Translations under genes and position numbers: made by a program
The notes under the pieces: model-generated
The model's input: only the letters and a program-made list of their open reading frames with translations
Databases searched by the model: none
What the model was told of the DNA's origin: nothing
Part shown: positions 14,143 through 27,818 of the stretch, piece after piece
Layout of the letters: each line of letters starts with the position of its first letter
How positions within the stretch are numbered: the stretch's first letter is position 1
From: Gallionella sp.
GTDB lineage: Bacteria; Pseudomonadota; Gammaproteobacteria; Burkholderiales; Gallionellaceae
Assembly: GCA_044230015.1 (NCBI GenBank)
Contig: JBGARW010000001.1
Span: 18,205 to 82,204, forward strand
Direction: 5' to 3'
DNA length: 64,000 nucleotides

Positions 14143-15336
14143 ATGGCAACGCAAGGGAAACTAATCGGCAAAATGGTCATCGGTCAATCGGGGGGGCCCA
14201 CCGTGGTCATCAATCAGTCACTGGTCGGCGCGGTGCTGGCGGCGCGCCAGCAACCCGGCATCACCGGCATCCTCGGCGCGCGGCACGGCATCGCCGGTAT
14301 CATGAAAGAGGATTTCATCGATCTGACCACGCAGAGCGTCGAGCAGCTCGAGCTGGTCGCCGCGACTCCGGCGGCGGCATTGGGTTCGGTGCGCCTGAAA
14401 CCCGGCAAGGCCGAATGCGAAAAAGTGTTCGAGGTGTTCAGGAAGAACGACGTGCGTTATTTCTTCTACATCGGCGGCAACGATTCCGCCGAGACCGCGC
14501 ATATCATCGCCGAGATGGCGAAGGAGGCGAACTACGATTTCTGCACCGTGCATATCCCGAAGACCATCGACAACGATCTGAAAGTCACTGACCACTGCCC
14601 GGGCTTCGCGTCGGCGGCGCGCTTCGTCGCACTGGCCTTCATGGGCGACGACCGGGACAACCGCGCGCTACAGGGCATCAAGGTCAATGTGGTGATGGGG
14701 CGCAGTGCCGGATTCCTGACCGCCGCCTCGGCCCTGGCACGCCAGGCGGCAGACGACGGCCCGCATCTGGTCTACCTGCCGGAGCGCGTGTTCGACGTGG
14801 AAAGATTCAAGCAGGACGTGCGTGATGCGGTGGCGAAGCACGGCCGCTGCGTGATCGCCGCTTCCGAAGGTATCACCGACAAGGACGGCAACCCGATCTC
14901 GACCAGCGGCGAGCGCGATTCGCACGGCAACATCCAGCTTTCCGGTTCGGGTGCCTTGGGCGACACGCTGGCCGCACTGGTGAAGGACGCCTTCCCCGGG
15001 CAGAAGGTGCGCGTGCGCGCCGACACCTTCGGCTATTTGCAGCGTTCCTTCCCCACCATCGTTTCCGAAGTGGATGCGAAGGAGGCGCGCGAGGTCGGTA
15101 CCGTTGCGGTGAATCACGCCACGAGTACCGGGCAACCCGGCTCGGTGGCGATCCGCCGCCTGAGCAGCAAGCCGTATGCCAGCGAATGCTTCATCACGCC
15201 GCTGTCCTCGGTGGCGAAAGTAGCCACCGAGATGAAGGATGAGTACATCAACGCGGCAGGCAACGATGTCACCCAGGCATGGATTGATTACGTCGCGCCG
15301 CTGGTGGGTGCGTTGCCGAAGATGGGACGGCTATAA
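14143..15336 (+). CDS. pfp: phosphofructokinase, probably pyrophosphate-dependent
   Basis: 397 aa with the motifs GGPTVVINQS, IGGNDS (Asp where ATP-PFKs have Gly) and PKTIDNDL. It is flanked by ppa and hppA. Confidence 0.8.
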   Translation: MATQGKLIGKMVIGQSGGPTVVINQSLVGAVLAARQQPGITGILGARHGIAGIMKEDFIDLTTQSVEQLELVAATPAAALGSVRLKPGKAECEKVFEVFRKNDVRYFFYIGGNDSAETAHIIAEMAKEANYDFCTVHIPKTIDNDLKVTDHCPGFASAARFVALAFMGDDRDNRALQGIKVNVVMGRSAGFLTAASALARQAADDGPHLVYLPERVFDVERFKQDVRDAVAKHGRCVIAASEGITDKDGNPISTSGERDSHGNIQLSGSGALGDTLAALVKDAFPGQKVRVRADTFGYLQRSFPTIVSEVDAKEAREVGTVAVNHATSTGQPGSVAIRRLSSKPYASECFITPLSSVAKVATEMKDEYINAAGNDVTQAWIDYVAPLVGALPKMGRL

Positions 15337-15412
15337 GGGACATCTGCACAATTACTGCGCTCGCCACGTTGTGCTGAGGTCTTCATCGAGCAAAGTAACC
15401 GGACGAGCAAAT

Positions 15413-15449
15413 AAAAAAACGGGGCGGAATTTCCGCCCCGTTTCTGTTT
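15413..15449. terminator. bidirectional rho-independent terminator between pfp and hppA
   Basis: AAAAAAA, stem CGGGGCGGA, loop ATT, stem TCCGCCCCG, then TTTCTGTTT. It lies between convergent genes. Confidence 0.85.
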
Positions 15450-15462
15450 CTGCCAGTCCAGA

Positions 15463-17502
15463 TCAGATCAGCGGCACGATCATCAGCGCGACGATGTTGA
15501 TGATCTTGATCAGCGGGTTCACGGCGGGGCCGGCGGTGTCCTTGTAGGGATCGCCCACGGTGTCGCCTGTCACGGCTGCCTTGTGCGCTTCCGAGCCTTT
15601 GCCGCCGAAGTTGCCCTCTTCGATGTATTTCTTGGCGTTGTCCCATGCTCCGCCGCCGGTGGTCATGGAGATCGCGACGAAGATGCCGGTGATGATGGTG
15701 CCGACCAGCACGCCGCCGAGCGCCTGTGCTCCGAGGGTCAGGCCGACGATCACGGGTACGGCGATGGGCAGCAACGACGGGACGATCATTTCCTTGATCG
15801 CCGCCTTGGTCAACATGTCCACGCAAGTTCCATATTCCGGTTTGCCGGTGCCTTCCATGATGCCGGGGATCTCCTTGAACTGGCGGCGCACTTCCACCAC
15901 CACCGAACCGGCGGCGCGGCCCACCGCTTCCATGCCCATCGCGGCGAACAGGTAAGGCACCATGCCGCCGATGAACAGGCCGATGATGACCATGTGGTTC
16001 GACAGGTCGAAGGCAGTGGTCATGCCCAGCTTGGCGTCCAGCGCGTGGGTATAGTCGGCGAACAGCACGAGTGCGGCCAGGCCTGCGGAGCCGATGGCGT
16101 AACCCTTGGTGACGGCCTTGGTGGTGTTGCCCACCGCGTCCAGCGCGTCGGTGATGACCCGCACGTTCTCCGGCAGGTGGGACATCTCGGCGATGCCGCC
16201 GGCGTTGTCGGTGATCGGGCCGTAGGCGTCCAGCGCGACGATGATGCCGGCCATCGACAGCATCGAGGTCGCGGCGACGGCGATGCCGTAGAGTCCGCCC
16301 AGTTCGTAGGCTCCCCAGATCGCCAGGCACACCGCGATGACCGGCGCCGCAGTGGCCTTCATCGAAACACCCAGTCCGGCGATGATGTTGGTGCCATGTC
16401 CGGTAGTGGAGGCTTGGGCGATGTGGCGCACCGGGCTGTATTCGGTGGCCGTGTAGTACTCGGTGATCCATACCATAGCGGCGGTCAGCGCCAGACCGAT
16501 CAGGGATGCCAGGTACAGATTCATCGATGTCACCAGCTCGTCGCCGATCATCACACCATCGCCGAGCATCCAGGTGGTCACCGGATAGAACACAATCAAC
16601 GCCAGCACGGCGGAGACTGCCAGACCCCGATACAGCGCGTTCATGATCTTGCCGCCTTCGCGCGCCTTGACGAAATAGGTGCCGATGATGGACGCGATGA
16701 TGGATACGCCGCCGAGCACCAGCGGGTAGATCACCGCCTCGGGAGAGCCGCTGATCAGCAGCCCGCCCAGCACCATCGTGGCGATGATGGTCACGGCGTA
16801 GGTCTCGAACAGGTCGGCTGCCATGCCGGCACAGTCGCCGACGTTGTCGCCGACGTTGTCGGCGATCACCGCCGGATTGCGCGGATCATCCTCGGGGATG
16901 CCGGCTTCGACCTTGCCCACCAGGTCGGCGCCGACGTCAGCGCCCTTGGTGAAGATGCCGCCGCCGAGACGGGCGAAGATGGAGATCAGCGAACCGCCGA
17001 ACGCCAGCCCGACCAGCGCATGAGTGGCCTGTGCCGTAGTCGAACCGGTGCCGGTCAGGAAGGCGTAATAGCCGGCCACGCCCAGCAGCCCCAGTCCCAC
17101 CACCAGCATGCCGGTGATCGCGCCGCCCTTGAAGGAGACATTCAGCGCCGCATTCAGATTCTCCTTCGCCGCTTCGGCGGTGCGCACATTGGCGCGTACC
17201 GACACATGCATGCCGATGAAGCCTGCCGCACCGGAGAGCACCGCGCCTATCGCGAAGCCGATGGCGGTCTGCCAGCCCAAGGTGAAGAGGATGACGACGA
17301 ACAATATGGCGCCGACGATGGAGATGGTCGTGTATTGCCGGTTCAGGTAGGCGGAAGCGCCTTCCTGCACAGCAGCAGCGATTTCCTGCATCCTTGCGCT
17401 GCCGGTCGATTTGCCCAGAATCCATTTGATTGAAAGCGCACCGTACAAGAGCGCCGCGATTGCACATAACAACGCAAATCCCAAACCACCTGACATGACC
17501 AC
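15463..17502 (-). CDS. hppA: membrane H+-translocating pyrophosphatase (K+-independent type)
   Basis: 679 aa polytopic protein with the motifs DNVGDNVGD and [15 protein letters not shown]. The GNTTKA motif has Lys, which is the K+-independent signature. Confidence 0.95.
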   Translation of the reverse strand: MVMSGGLGFALLCAIAALLYGALSIKWILGKSTGSARMQEIAAAVQEGASAYLNRQYTTISIVGAILFVVILFTLGWQTAIGFAIGAVLSGAAGFIGMHVSVRANVRTAEAAKENLNAALNVSFKGGAITGMLVVGLGLLGVAGYYAFLTGTGSTTAQATHALVGLAFGGSLISIFARLGGGIFTKGADVGADLVGKVEAGIPEDDPRNPAVIADNVGDNVGDCAGMAADLFETYAVTIIATMVLGGLLISGSPEAVIYPLVLGGVSIIASIIGTYFVKAREGGKIMNALYRGLAVSAVLALIVFYPVTTWMLGDGVMIGDELVTSMNLYLASLIGLALTAAMVWITEYYTATEYSPVRHIAQASTTGHGTNIIAGLGVSMKATAAPVIAVCLAIWGAYELGGLYGIAVAATSMLSMAGIIVALDAYGPITDNAGGIAEMSHLPENVRVITDALDAVGNTTKAVTKGYAIGSAGLAALVLFADYTHALDAKLGMTTAFDLSNHMVIIGLFIGGMVPYLFAAMGMEAVGRAAGSVVVEVRRQFKEIPGIMEGTGKPEYGTCVDMLTKAAIKEMIVPSLLPIAVPVIVGLTLGAQALGGVLVGTIITGIFVAISMTTGGGAWDNAKKYIEEGNFGGKGSEAHKAAVTGDTVGDPYKDTAGPAVNPLIKIINIVALMIVPLI

Positions 17503-17710
17503 CCTCCCTGATAAAGATAAATCAACAGACTGTTTCGATAATGAAGCGCGTGTTTAGAGCACCCATGATATCTGTTCCGGTGAGCCGGAGTGCTTTAAGC
17601 GCCGCGATGATAGCACGGATTTTTTGAAATACTCTTTCCGGGAGTAGGGGCTTGCAGGCGGGTGTTCCCCGCATGTAGGCAGAGAACGGGGGATTATTGG
17701 CGAAGCCGGT

Positions 17711-19099
<1,389 letters not shown>

Positions 19100-19122
19100 C
19101 TAAAGTGCGTATTTTACGCGAA

Positions 19123-20208
19123 TCAGTTCAGCCCTTGTTCGATGATCGCACCGCCCAGGCAAACCTCACCGTCATAAACAACCATGGATTGTCCCGGTGT
19201 GACCGCCCATTGCGCCTCGTCAAAGGCGATTTCGCAGCAGCTAGCGGCGAGCCGGGTGAGATGGCACGGTGCATCGGTCTGCCGGTAGCGCGTCTTGGCG
19301 GCGTAAGGGTGGTCGGGCAGCGGCGCCGCACCGCCGATCCAGTGACTGTCCAGCGCGCTCAGCCGTTTGCTCAGCAGCATCGGGTGATCGTGCCCCTGCA
19401 CCACAGTCAGGCGGTTATGCGCCATATCCTTGCCTGCCACGAACCACGGCTCGCCGGACGATTCTCTCGCACCGCCGATGCCCAGCCCTTGCCGCTGGCC
19501 GATGGTGTAGAACGACAGCCCGATATGCCGGCCGAGCACCTTGCCTTCCGGCGTGACCATATCCCCCGGCTGGGTGGGCAGGTAGCGGTTGAGGAATTCG
19601 CGGAACGGGCGTTCGCCGATGAAGCAGATGCCGGTGCTGTCCCTCTTGGCATGATTGCACAGGCCGTGCTGCTCGGCGATCGCGCGCACTTCGGATTTCA
19701 GCAGTTTGTCGAGCGGGAACATCGCATGGCCCAGCTGCACCTGGTCCAGGCGATGCAGGAAATAGCTCTGGTCCTTGCTGCCGTCGGTGGCCTTGAGCAA
19801 CTGGAAAAGGCCGTCCGCCTCGCGCACCTGTGCGTAGTGTCCGGTGGCGATGGCATCCGCACCGAGCTGCAGGGCATGGTCGAGGAACGCCTTGAATTTG
19901 ATCTCCGAGTTGCACAGGATGTCCGGGTTGGGCGTGCGCCCGGCCTGGTATTCGCGCAGGAAATAGCCGAACACGCGCTCCCTGTATTCCGCGGCGAAAT
20001 TCACCGCCTCGATCGGGATGCCGATGGTGTCGGCGACCGACACCGCGTCCAGCAGGTCCTGGCGCGACGAGCAGTATTCGTCGCTGTCGTCGTCCTCCCA
20101 GTTCTTCATGAACAGGCCGACCACATCGTAGCCCTGCTGCTTGAGCAGCAGCGCGGTGACCGATGAATCGACACCGCCGGACATGCCGACGACTACGCGC
20201 CTAGCCAT
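19123..20208 (-). CDS. mnmA: tRNA 2-thiouridine(34) synthase
   Basis: True start is [17 protein letters not shown] (PP-loop) at 20208. The track ORF continues upstream out of register into the Nudix gene. Confidence 0.94.
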   Translation of the reverse strand: MARRVVVGMSGGVDSSVTALLLKQQGYDVVGLFMKNWEDDDSDEYCSSRQDLLDAVSVADTIGIPIEAVNFAAEYRERVFGYFLREYQAGRTPNPDILCNSEIKFKAFLDHALQLGADAIATGHYAQVREADGLFQLLKATDGSKDQSYFLHRLDQVQLGHAMFPLDKLLKSEVRAIAEQHGLCNHAKRDSTGICFIGERPFREFLNRYLPTQPGDMVTPEGKVLGRHIGLSFYTIGQRQGLGIGGARESSGEPWFVAGKDMAHNRLTVVQGHDHPMLLSKRLSALDSHWIGGAAPLPDHPYAAKTRYRQTDAPCHLTRLAASCCEIAFDEAQWAVTPGQSMVVYDGEVCLGGAIIEQGLN

Positions 20209-20647
20209 AGTGGGTGATGAGCTCCAGCGGGTAGTGTTTGCCGGCGAGGTGATCTTCGATGCAGCGCAGAACCAGCGGGCTGCGATGCCGCTCCTGCACG
20301 GCGCGGATCTCGTCGGGCAGCAGCCATACGGCCTGCAGGATGCCGGTATCCAGCTTGCGGGTCGCATCATGCCCGGTGATCGCGCCGGTGAAGGCGAAGC
20401 GCAGGTAGGTCGTGTCCGATTCCGGCGCATGCCAGCGGTAGATGCCGAGCAGATGCTGCGGGGTGAACGAATACGCCGACTCTTCCAGCACCTCGCGCGC
20501 CACCGCGGCGAGCAACGACTCGTCGGCCTCCAGATGCCCGGCAGGCTGGTTGAAGCGCACTCCCTGCGAGGTTTCTTCCTCGACCAGCAGGAATTTTCCA
20601 TCGCGCTCGATGACGGCGGCGACGGTGACGTTCGGTTTCCAGATCAT
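20201..20647 (-). CDS. NUDIX hydrolase
   Basis: 148 aa with the Nudix box [22 protein letters not shown]. It overlaps the mnmA start by 8 nt. Confidence 0.88.
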   Translation of the reverse strand: MIWKPNVTVAAVIERDGKFLLVEEETSQGVRFNQPAGHLEADESLLAAVAREVLEESAYSFTPQHLLGIYRWHAPESDTTYLRFAFTGAITGHDATRKLDTGILQAVWLLPDEIRAVQERHRSPLVLRCIEDHLAGKHYPLELITHYG

Positions 20648-20715
20648 GTGTCGATCCCCGAAATAAAAGTAAGGCCAGAAAGAAAAAAGGCAGGAAGACC
20701 TGCCTTCTTGCTATG

Positions 20716-20800
20716 TGGTGCCGGGGGGGGGACTCGAACCCCCACGCCTTGCGGCACCGGATTTTGAGTCCGGCACGTCTACCAGTTCCATCACCCCGGC
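20716..20800 (-). tRNA. tRNA-Leu (anticodon CAA)
   Basis: The reverse complement folds as a cloverleaf: acceptor GCCGGGG/CCCCGGC, anticodon arm CCGGA-CT-CAA-AA-TCCGG, a long variable arm, T arm GGGGG-TTCGAGT-CCCCC, and an encoded CCA. Confidence 0.92.
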
Positions 20801-20881
20801 TAAAGAGGCGCGAATTATCCATGAAACGATGGGCCCCATCAACTACAATCGCGGCATTGCTAAAGTCTTGCATCGTTGTTT

Positions 20882-23006
<2,125 letters not shown>

Positions 23007-23066
23007 AGCCGCCCCGCGCTTCGTGGTAGAATGCGCGCCTTTTGATTTATCCTCGGAGATTGAACA

Positions 23067-23393
23067 ATGTTTATCAGTAATGCTTATGCCGAAGCACCCG
23101 TACCGGTACAGGGTGCCGGCATCATGGATTTCCTGCCGCTGATCGTCCTCGTCGCGGTGTTCTACTTTTTCATCCTGCGCCCGCAAAGCAAACGCGCCAA
23201 GGAACTCAAGGCCATGATCGACGCGTTGCAGCGCGGCGACGAGGTGGTGACGGCTGGCGGCGAGGTGGGCCGCATCAACAAGATATACGAACAATACGTG
23301 GGCGTGGAGCTCGCCGAGAACATCGAAGTGACGGTGCAGAAGTCCGCGATCCAGGCCGTGTTGCCCAAGGGAACTCTCAAGTCCATCAAGTAA
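23067..23393 (+). CDS. yajC: preprotein translocase subunit YajC
   Basis: 108 aa with one TM segment and the motif FYFFILRPQSKRAKE. It is followed by secDF. Confidence 0.93.
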   Translation: MFISNAYAEAPVPVQGAGIMDFLPLIVLVAVFYFFILRPQSKRAKELKAMIDALQRGDEVVTAGGEVGRINKIYEQYVGVELAENIEVTVQKSAIQAVLPKGTLKSIK

Positions 23394-23445
23394 TCCAGGC
23401 TATTTCCCGGCAGGAATAGTTGCGCGCGCCAACCAAGAGGTTTCA

Positions 23446-25257
23446 ATGAACCGTTATCCATTGTGGAAATATCTGCTGATTCTGGCCGTGCTGCTGGCCG
23501 GGCTGATCTACACCCTGCCGAATCTCTATGGCGAATCGCCTGCCGTGCAGGTGTCGCCGCTGCGCGCCAGCCTGAAGGCGGATGCCGCCTTGCGGGAGCG
23601 TGTGGAAAGTGACCTGAAGGCAGCCGGCCTCGACCCGGAAGTGGTCACGCTGGACGGCAACAGCGTCAAGGCGCGCTTCGCCGATACCGATAACCAGCTG
23701 AAGGCCAAGGATGTGCTGGCCGGTCAGCTGGGCGAGGACTACATGGTCGCGCTCAACCTCCTGTCGCGTTCGCCGCAGTGGTTGACCAGCCTCAACGCGT
23801 TGCCGATGTACCTCGGCCTCGACTTGCGCGGCGGCGTGCACTTCCTGCTGCAGGTGGACATGAAGGCCGCGCTGGGCAAGGCGCTGGAGGCCGCTACCGG
23901 CGATATCCGCAGCGCGCTGCGCGAGCGGAACATCGCCTATTCCGGCGTCACCCGCGAAGGCGATATGCTGCTGGTGAGGTTCCGCGACGCGGACGCACGC
24001 AGCAAGGGTGAAGAGGAGATCAAGCAGCGTTTCACCGACTTCGCGTTGGGCGCCAGGGAGGCCGGCGGCGAGTTCGTGCTGCAGGCCACGCTCAAGCCGG
24101 AAGCCGAACGCCGCATCCAGGAATCCGCCGTGCAGCAGAACCTCCTGACGCTGCGCAACCGCGTCAACGAACTGGGCGTCGCCGAGCCGGTGATCCAGCA
24201 GCAGGGTGCTGACCGCGTGGTGGTGCAACTGCCCGGTGTGCAGGACACGGCGCGCGCCAAGGATATCCTGGGGCGCACCGCGACGCTGGAAGTGCGCATG
24301 GTCGACGACGAGCATCAGATCAGCCCGGGTGCGGCCGCACCGTTCGGCACCGACATGTTCAAGGATCGTGACGGCAACATGCTGCTGGTCAAGAAGCAGG
24401 TGATCCTCACCGGCGAGCGCATCAACGACGCCCAGCCCGGCTTCGACAGCCGCAACAACGAGCCTGCCGTGCATATCAACCTGGACGGCGTGGGCGCGCG
24501 CAAATTCAAGGAAGCGACGCGCGAGAACGTCGGCAAGCGCATGGCGATCATCCTGTTCGAGAAGGGCAAGGGAGAGATCGTCACCGCCCCGGTGATCCGC
24601 GAGGAGATCGGCGGCGGGCGGGTGCAGATCAGCGGACAGATGAACACCGTGGAAGCGCAGGATACCGCGCTGCTGCTGCGTGCCGGAGCGCTGGCGGCGC
24701 CGATGGAGATCATCGAGGAGCGCACCGTCGGTCCCAGCCTTGGCGCGGACAACATCAAGCGCGGTTTCGATTCCACCAAGATCGGCTTCATCATGGTGGC
24801 GGTGTTCATGATCGCCTACTACCTGATGTTTGGCACGATCTCGATGCTGGCGCTGGGGGCGAACCTGCTGCTGCTGGTCGCGCTGCTGTCCATGCTGCAG
24901 GCCACGCTCACCCTGCCCGGCATGGCGGGTATCGCGCTGACGCTGGGGATGGCGATCGACGCGAACGTGCTGATCAACGAGCGCATCCGCGAGGAGCTGC
25001 GCAACGGCGTCACGCCGCAGGCCGCGATCCATGCCGGGTATGACCGCGCGTTCGGCACCATCCTCGACTCGAACGCCACCACCCTGATCGCCGGGGTCGC
25101 GTTGTTCATGTTCGGCTCCGGCCCGGTCAAGGGATTCGCGGTGGTGCTGTGCCTGGGCATCCTGACGTCGATGTTCAGCGCGGTGCTGATTTCGCGCGCG
25201 CTGGTGAACCTGATCTACGGGCGCAAGGCGCGCCTCGCCAGGGTCGCTATCGGTTAG
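23446..25257 (+). CDS. secD: protein translocase subunit SecD
   Basis: 603 aa with a large periplasmic domain followed by 5 C-terminal TM segments. The motif GIALTLGMAIDANVLINERIREE is present. Confidence 0.95.
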   Translation: MNRYPLWKYLLILAVLLAGLIYTLPNLYGESPAVQVSPLRASLKADAALRERVESDLKAAGLDPEVVTLDGNSVKARFADTDNQLKAKDVLAGQLGEDYMVALNLLSRSPQWLTSLNALPMYLGLDLRGGVHFLLQVDMKAALGKALEAATGDIRSALRERNIAYSGVTREGDMLLVRFRDADARSKGEEEIKQRFTDFALGAREAGGEFVLQATLKPEAERRIQESAVQQNLLTLRNRVNELGVAEPVIQQQGADRVVVQLPGVQDTARAKDILGRTATLEVRMVDDEHQISPGAAAPFGTDMFKDRDGNMLLVKKQVILTGERINDAQPGFDSRNNEPAVHINLDGVGARKFKEATRENVGKRMAIILFEKGKGEIVTAPVIREEIGGGRVQISGQMNTVEAQDTALLLRAGALAAPMEIIEERTVGPSLGADNIKRGFDSTKIGFIMVAVFMIAYYLMFGTISMLALGANLLLLVALLSMLQATLTLPGMAGIALTLGMAIDANVLINERIREELRNGVTPQAAIHAGYDRAFGTILDSNATTLIAGVALFMFGSGPVKGFAVVLCLGILTSMFSAVLISRALVNLIYGRKARLARVAIG

Positions 25258-25290
25258 GCCGCTTTGAACGGCTCTTAAGGAACAGACAAC

Positions 25291-26223
25291 ATGGAATTCT
25301 TCAAGATCAAGAAAGACATCCCGTTCATGAGCTACGGGAAGATCACCACCGCCATTTCGCTGGTGACGTTCCTGTTCGCGGTGTTTTTCCTCGCCACCAA
25401 GGGGCTGAATTTCGGCGTGGATTTCACCGGCGGCACGGTGATCGAGGTGCATTACACGCAGCCCGCAGACCTCCACAAGGTGCGCGAACAGCTCGCCGCC
25501 ACCGGCCTGCCGGATGCGCTGGTGCAGAACTTCGGTTCCAGCCACGATGTGCTGATCCAGGTGCCGCTCAAGCAGAATCTCGCCGGAGCGAAATTGAGCG
25601 AGCAGGTGATGGACGGCCTGCGCAAGCAGGATGCCGGCGTGGAGATGCGCCGCGTGGAATTCGTCGGCCCGCAGGTCGGCAAGGACCTGGTGGATAACGG
25701 CGCGCTGGCCCTGTTGCTGGTCAGCCTGGGCATCGTCGGCTATCTGTGGCTGCGCTTCGAATGGAAGTTCGGGCTGTCCGCCATCATCGCCAACCTGCAT
25801 GACGTGGTGATCATCCTCGGCTTCTTCGCCTTCTTCCAGTGGGAATTCTCGCTGTCCGTGCTGGCGGCGGTGCTGGCGGTGCTGGGCTACTCGGTGAACG
25901 AGTCGGTGGTGGTGTTCGACCGGATCCGCGAGAACTTCCGCACCATGCGCAAGGCCGAGGTGGCGGAGATCATCGACAATGCGATCACCCGCACCATGTC
26001 GCGCACCATCATCACGCACGGCTGTACGCAGATGATGGTCGGTGCGATGCTGTTCCTCGGCGGCGAGACGCTGCATTACTTCGCCATGGCGCTGACCATC
26101 GGCATCCTGTTCAGCATCTATTCCTCGGTGCTGGTGGCCAGCCCGCTGCTGATGCTGCTCGGCGTGTCGCGCGAGGATTTTATCAAGCCGGAGAAGACCG
26201 AGGCCGAGGAAGTCCTTCCGTAA
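25291..26223 (+). CDS. secF: protein translocase subunit SecF
   Basis: 310 aa with the motifs GVDFTGGT and LGYSVNESVVVFDRIREN. Confidence 0.95.
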   Translation: MEFFKIKKDIPFMSYGKITTAISLVTFLFAVFFLATKGLNFGVDFTGGTVIEVHYTQPADLHKVREQLAATGLPDALVQNFGSSHDVLIQVPLKQNLAGAKLSEQVMDGLRKQDAGVEMRRVEFVGPQVGKDLVDNGALALLLVSLGIVGYLWLRFEWKFGLSAIIANLHDVVIILGFFAFFQWEFSLSVLAAVLAVLGYSVNESVVVFDRIRENFRTMRKAEVAEIIDNAITRTMSRTIITHGCTQMMVGAMLFLGGETLHYFAMALTIGILFSIYSSVLVASPLLMLLGVSREDFIKPEKTEAEEVLP

Positions 26224-26226
26224 CCC

Positions 26227-26865
26227 ATGGATCTGCTCGCCGCGTTCATCGACATCATCCTGCATCTGGATGCCCACCTGCTGGCGCTCACCCAGCAATA
26301 CGGCGTGTGGGTGTACGCCATCCTGTTCCTGATCATCTATTGCGAGACCGGACTAGTGGTGATGCCCTTCCTGCCGGGCGATTCGCTTCTGTTCGTGGCG
26401 GGCGCACTGTGCGGCATGGGCGCGCTGCAACTGGAATGGCTCGCGCCGCTGCTGATGCTGGCGGCGTTCGGCGGCGATAACACCAACTACTGGGTCGGCA
26501 GGCTGGTCGGGATGCGCCTGCTGCGTGCCGATACCCGGCTCATCAAGCGCGAGCATATCGACAAGACCCATGCCTTCTATGAGAAACATGGCGGCAAGAC
26601 CATCCTGTTCGCGCGCTTTCTGCCCATCGTCCGCACCTTCGCGCCGTTCGTGGCGGGCATCGGGCTGATGCGCTACCGCCTGTTCGTGCTGTTCAGCGCG
26701 CTGGGCAGCCTGATGTGGATCGGCAGCCTCACCGTGGCGGGTTATTTTTTCGGCAACATTCCGGTCATCAAGGATAACCTCACCCTGATGGTCCTCGGCA
26801 TCATCGCCATCTCGTTCCTGCCCGCCATCCGTGAATTCATCCGCCACCGCAGACAGGCTGCGTGA
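26227..26865 (+). CDS. DedA-family inner membrane protein
   Basis: 212 aa with the motifs LPGDSLLF and FARFLPIVRTFAPFVAG. Confidence 0.88.
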   Translation: MDLLAAFIDIILHLDAHLLALTQQYGVWVYAILFLIIYCETGLVVMPFLPGDSLLFVAGALCGMGALQLEWLAPLLMLAAFGGDNTNYWVGRLVGMRLLRADTRLIKREHIDKTHAFYEKHGGKTILFARFLPIVRTFAPFVAGIGLMRYRLFVLFSALGSLMWIGSLTVAGYFFGNIPVIKDNLTLMVLGIIAISFLPAIREFIRHRRQAA

Positions 26866-26930
26866 TGGGCAGGGAGCGGCAGCCGGCCAACATTTTGAAA
26901 CAATTTCCCCTGAACGTTCGGATGGATGCC

Positions 26931-26948
26931 GGGTCATAATGCCGTCAC
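26931..26948 (+). promoter_or_regulatory. candidate Pho box upstream of the glycine-zipper lipoprotein gene
   Basis: GGGTCAT-AATG-CCGTCAC in a 7-4-7 arrangement, 33 nt before the ATG at 26982. CCGTCAC recurs in the pstS and porin boxes. Confidence 0.3.
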
Positions 26949-26981
26949 GTAAATAGCGTGAGATTCCCAGAGGAGCGAAAC

Positions 26982-27692
26982 ATGAAGAAAAGTCTGTTGG
27001 TAGTGAGCCTGATTTCCCTGTATGGCGGTGCCTATGCGGCGGATTTCACCGATACCGCGCGTGTGGTTTCCAGCACGCCGATCTACGAGCGCGTGGCGGA
27101 ACCGAAGCGTGAATGCTGGATGGAGACCGTGCAGGTCACCCCAAAGGAGCGCTCCATCGGCGGTGCGGTGATCGGCGGTGTCGCGGGCGGTTTGCTGGGC
27201 AGCCAGGTCGGCGGCGGCAGCGGCAATACAGCGGCGACGGGCGCGGGCGCCGTGGCCGGCGCGGTGATCGGCGATCGCGTCGCCAACCCGGACAGCAACC
27301 GTTCCGCAACCGGCGCGGTGGTCGGCGGTGTGGCCGGCGCGGTGCTGGGCAGCCAGGTCGGCGGCGGCACGGGGAACAAAGCCGCGACTGCGGTGGGCGG
27401 TATCGCCGGCGCGGTGATCGGCGATCGCGTCGCCAACCCGGACCAGCCGCGCACCGAACAGGTCGAGCGTTGCCGCGAGGTGCAGGCCAGCCGCGAAGTG
27501 ATCAAGGGATACACCGTGGTCTATCGTTACAACGGCCAGGACTTCACCACGACCTTGCCCTACCAGGTACAGGCAGGCGAGACGTTGCGCGTGGGGGTGA
27601 GCGTATCGGTCGAGGAGCGGCGCGACGGCCGCTATGACGACTCGCAGAAACGCCGTTATGAGGATCGCCGGGACAGGCCCAGTTACCAGTGA
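26982..27692 (+). CDS. glycine-zipper (Rick_17kDa/Slp-like) outer-membrane protein with an internal ~50-aa duplication
   Basis: ATG at 26982 follows AGGAGCGAAAC. Signal peptide MKKSLLVVSLISLYGGAYA. There are two copies of GAV(I/V)GGVAG.LLGSQVGGG.GN.AAT...AGAVIGDRVANPD. Confidence 0.8.
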   Translation: MKKSLLVVSLISLYGGAYAADFTDTARVVSSTPIYERVAEPKRECWMETVQVTPKERSIGGAVIGGVAGGLLGSQVGGGSGNTAATGAGAVAGAVIGDRVANPDSNRSATGAVVGGVAGAVLGSQVGGGTGNKAATAVGGIAGAVIGDRVANPDQPRTEQVERCREVQASREVIKGYTVVYRYNGQDFTTTLPYQVQAGETLRVGVSVSVEERRDGRYDDSQKRRYEDRRDRPSYQ

Positions 27693-27707
27693 TCCCCGCC
27701 CTACGCG

Positions 27708-27737
27708 AAAAAGCCCGGCACAAGCCGGGCTTTTTCT
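27708..27737. terminator. bidirectional rho-independent terminator between the glycine-zipper gene and pstB
   Basis: AAAAA, stem GCCCGGC, loop ACAA, stem GCCGGGC, then TTTTTCTTT. Confidence 0.85.
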
Positions 27738-27818
27738 TTGGCGACTTGCGAGGCCGACCGGAGCGGCCAGTGATGTGGTGGCTTCAGCACGCCGCTACGC
27801 CGCTATATCACCGGATGA

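Noticed and set aside
15583-17433. 616-aa plus-strand ORF and several others overlapping hppA
   Set aside because: It is the antisense shadow of the H+-PPase gene. Its composition is dominated by R, G, D, H and A, and it has no start-site signals.
23443-26298. 951-aa ORF on the minus strand opposite secD and secF
   Set aside because: It is antisense to two unmistakable Sec genes. Its translation is low-complexity and rich in R, A, G, H and Q, with no recognisable motif. This is a typical stop-codon-poor shadow frame of GC-rich DNA.
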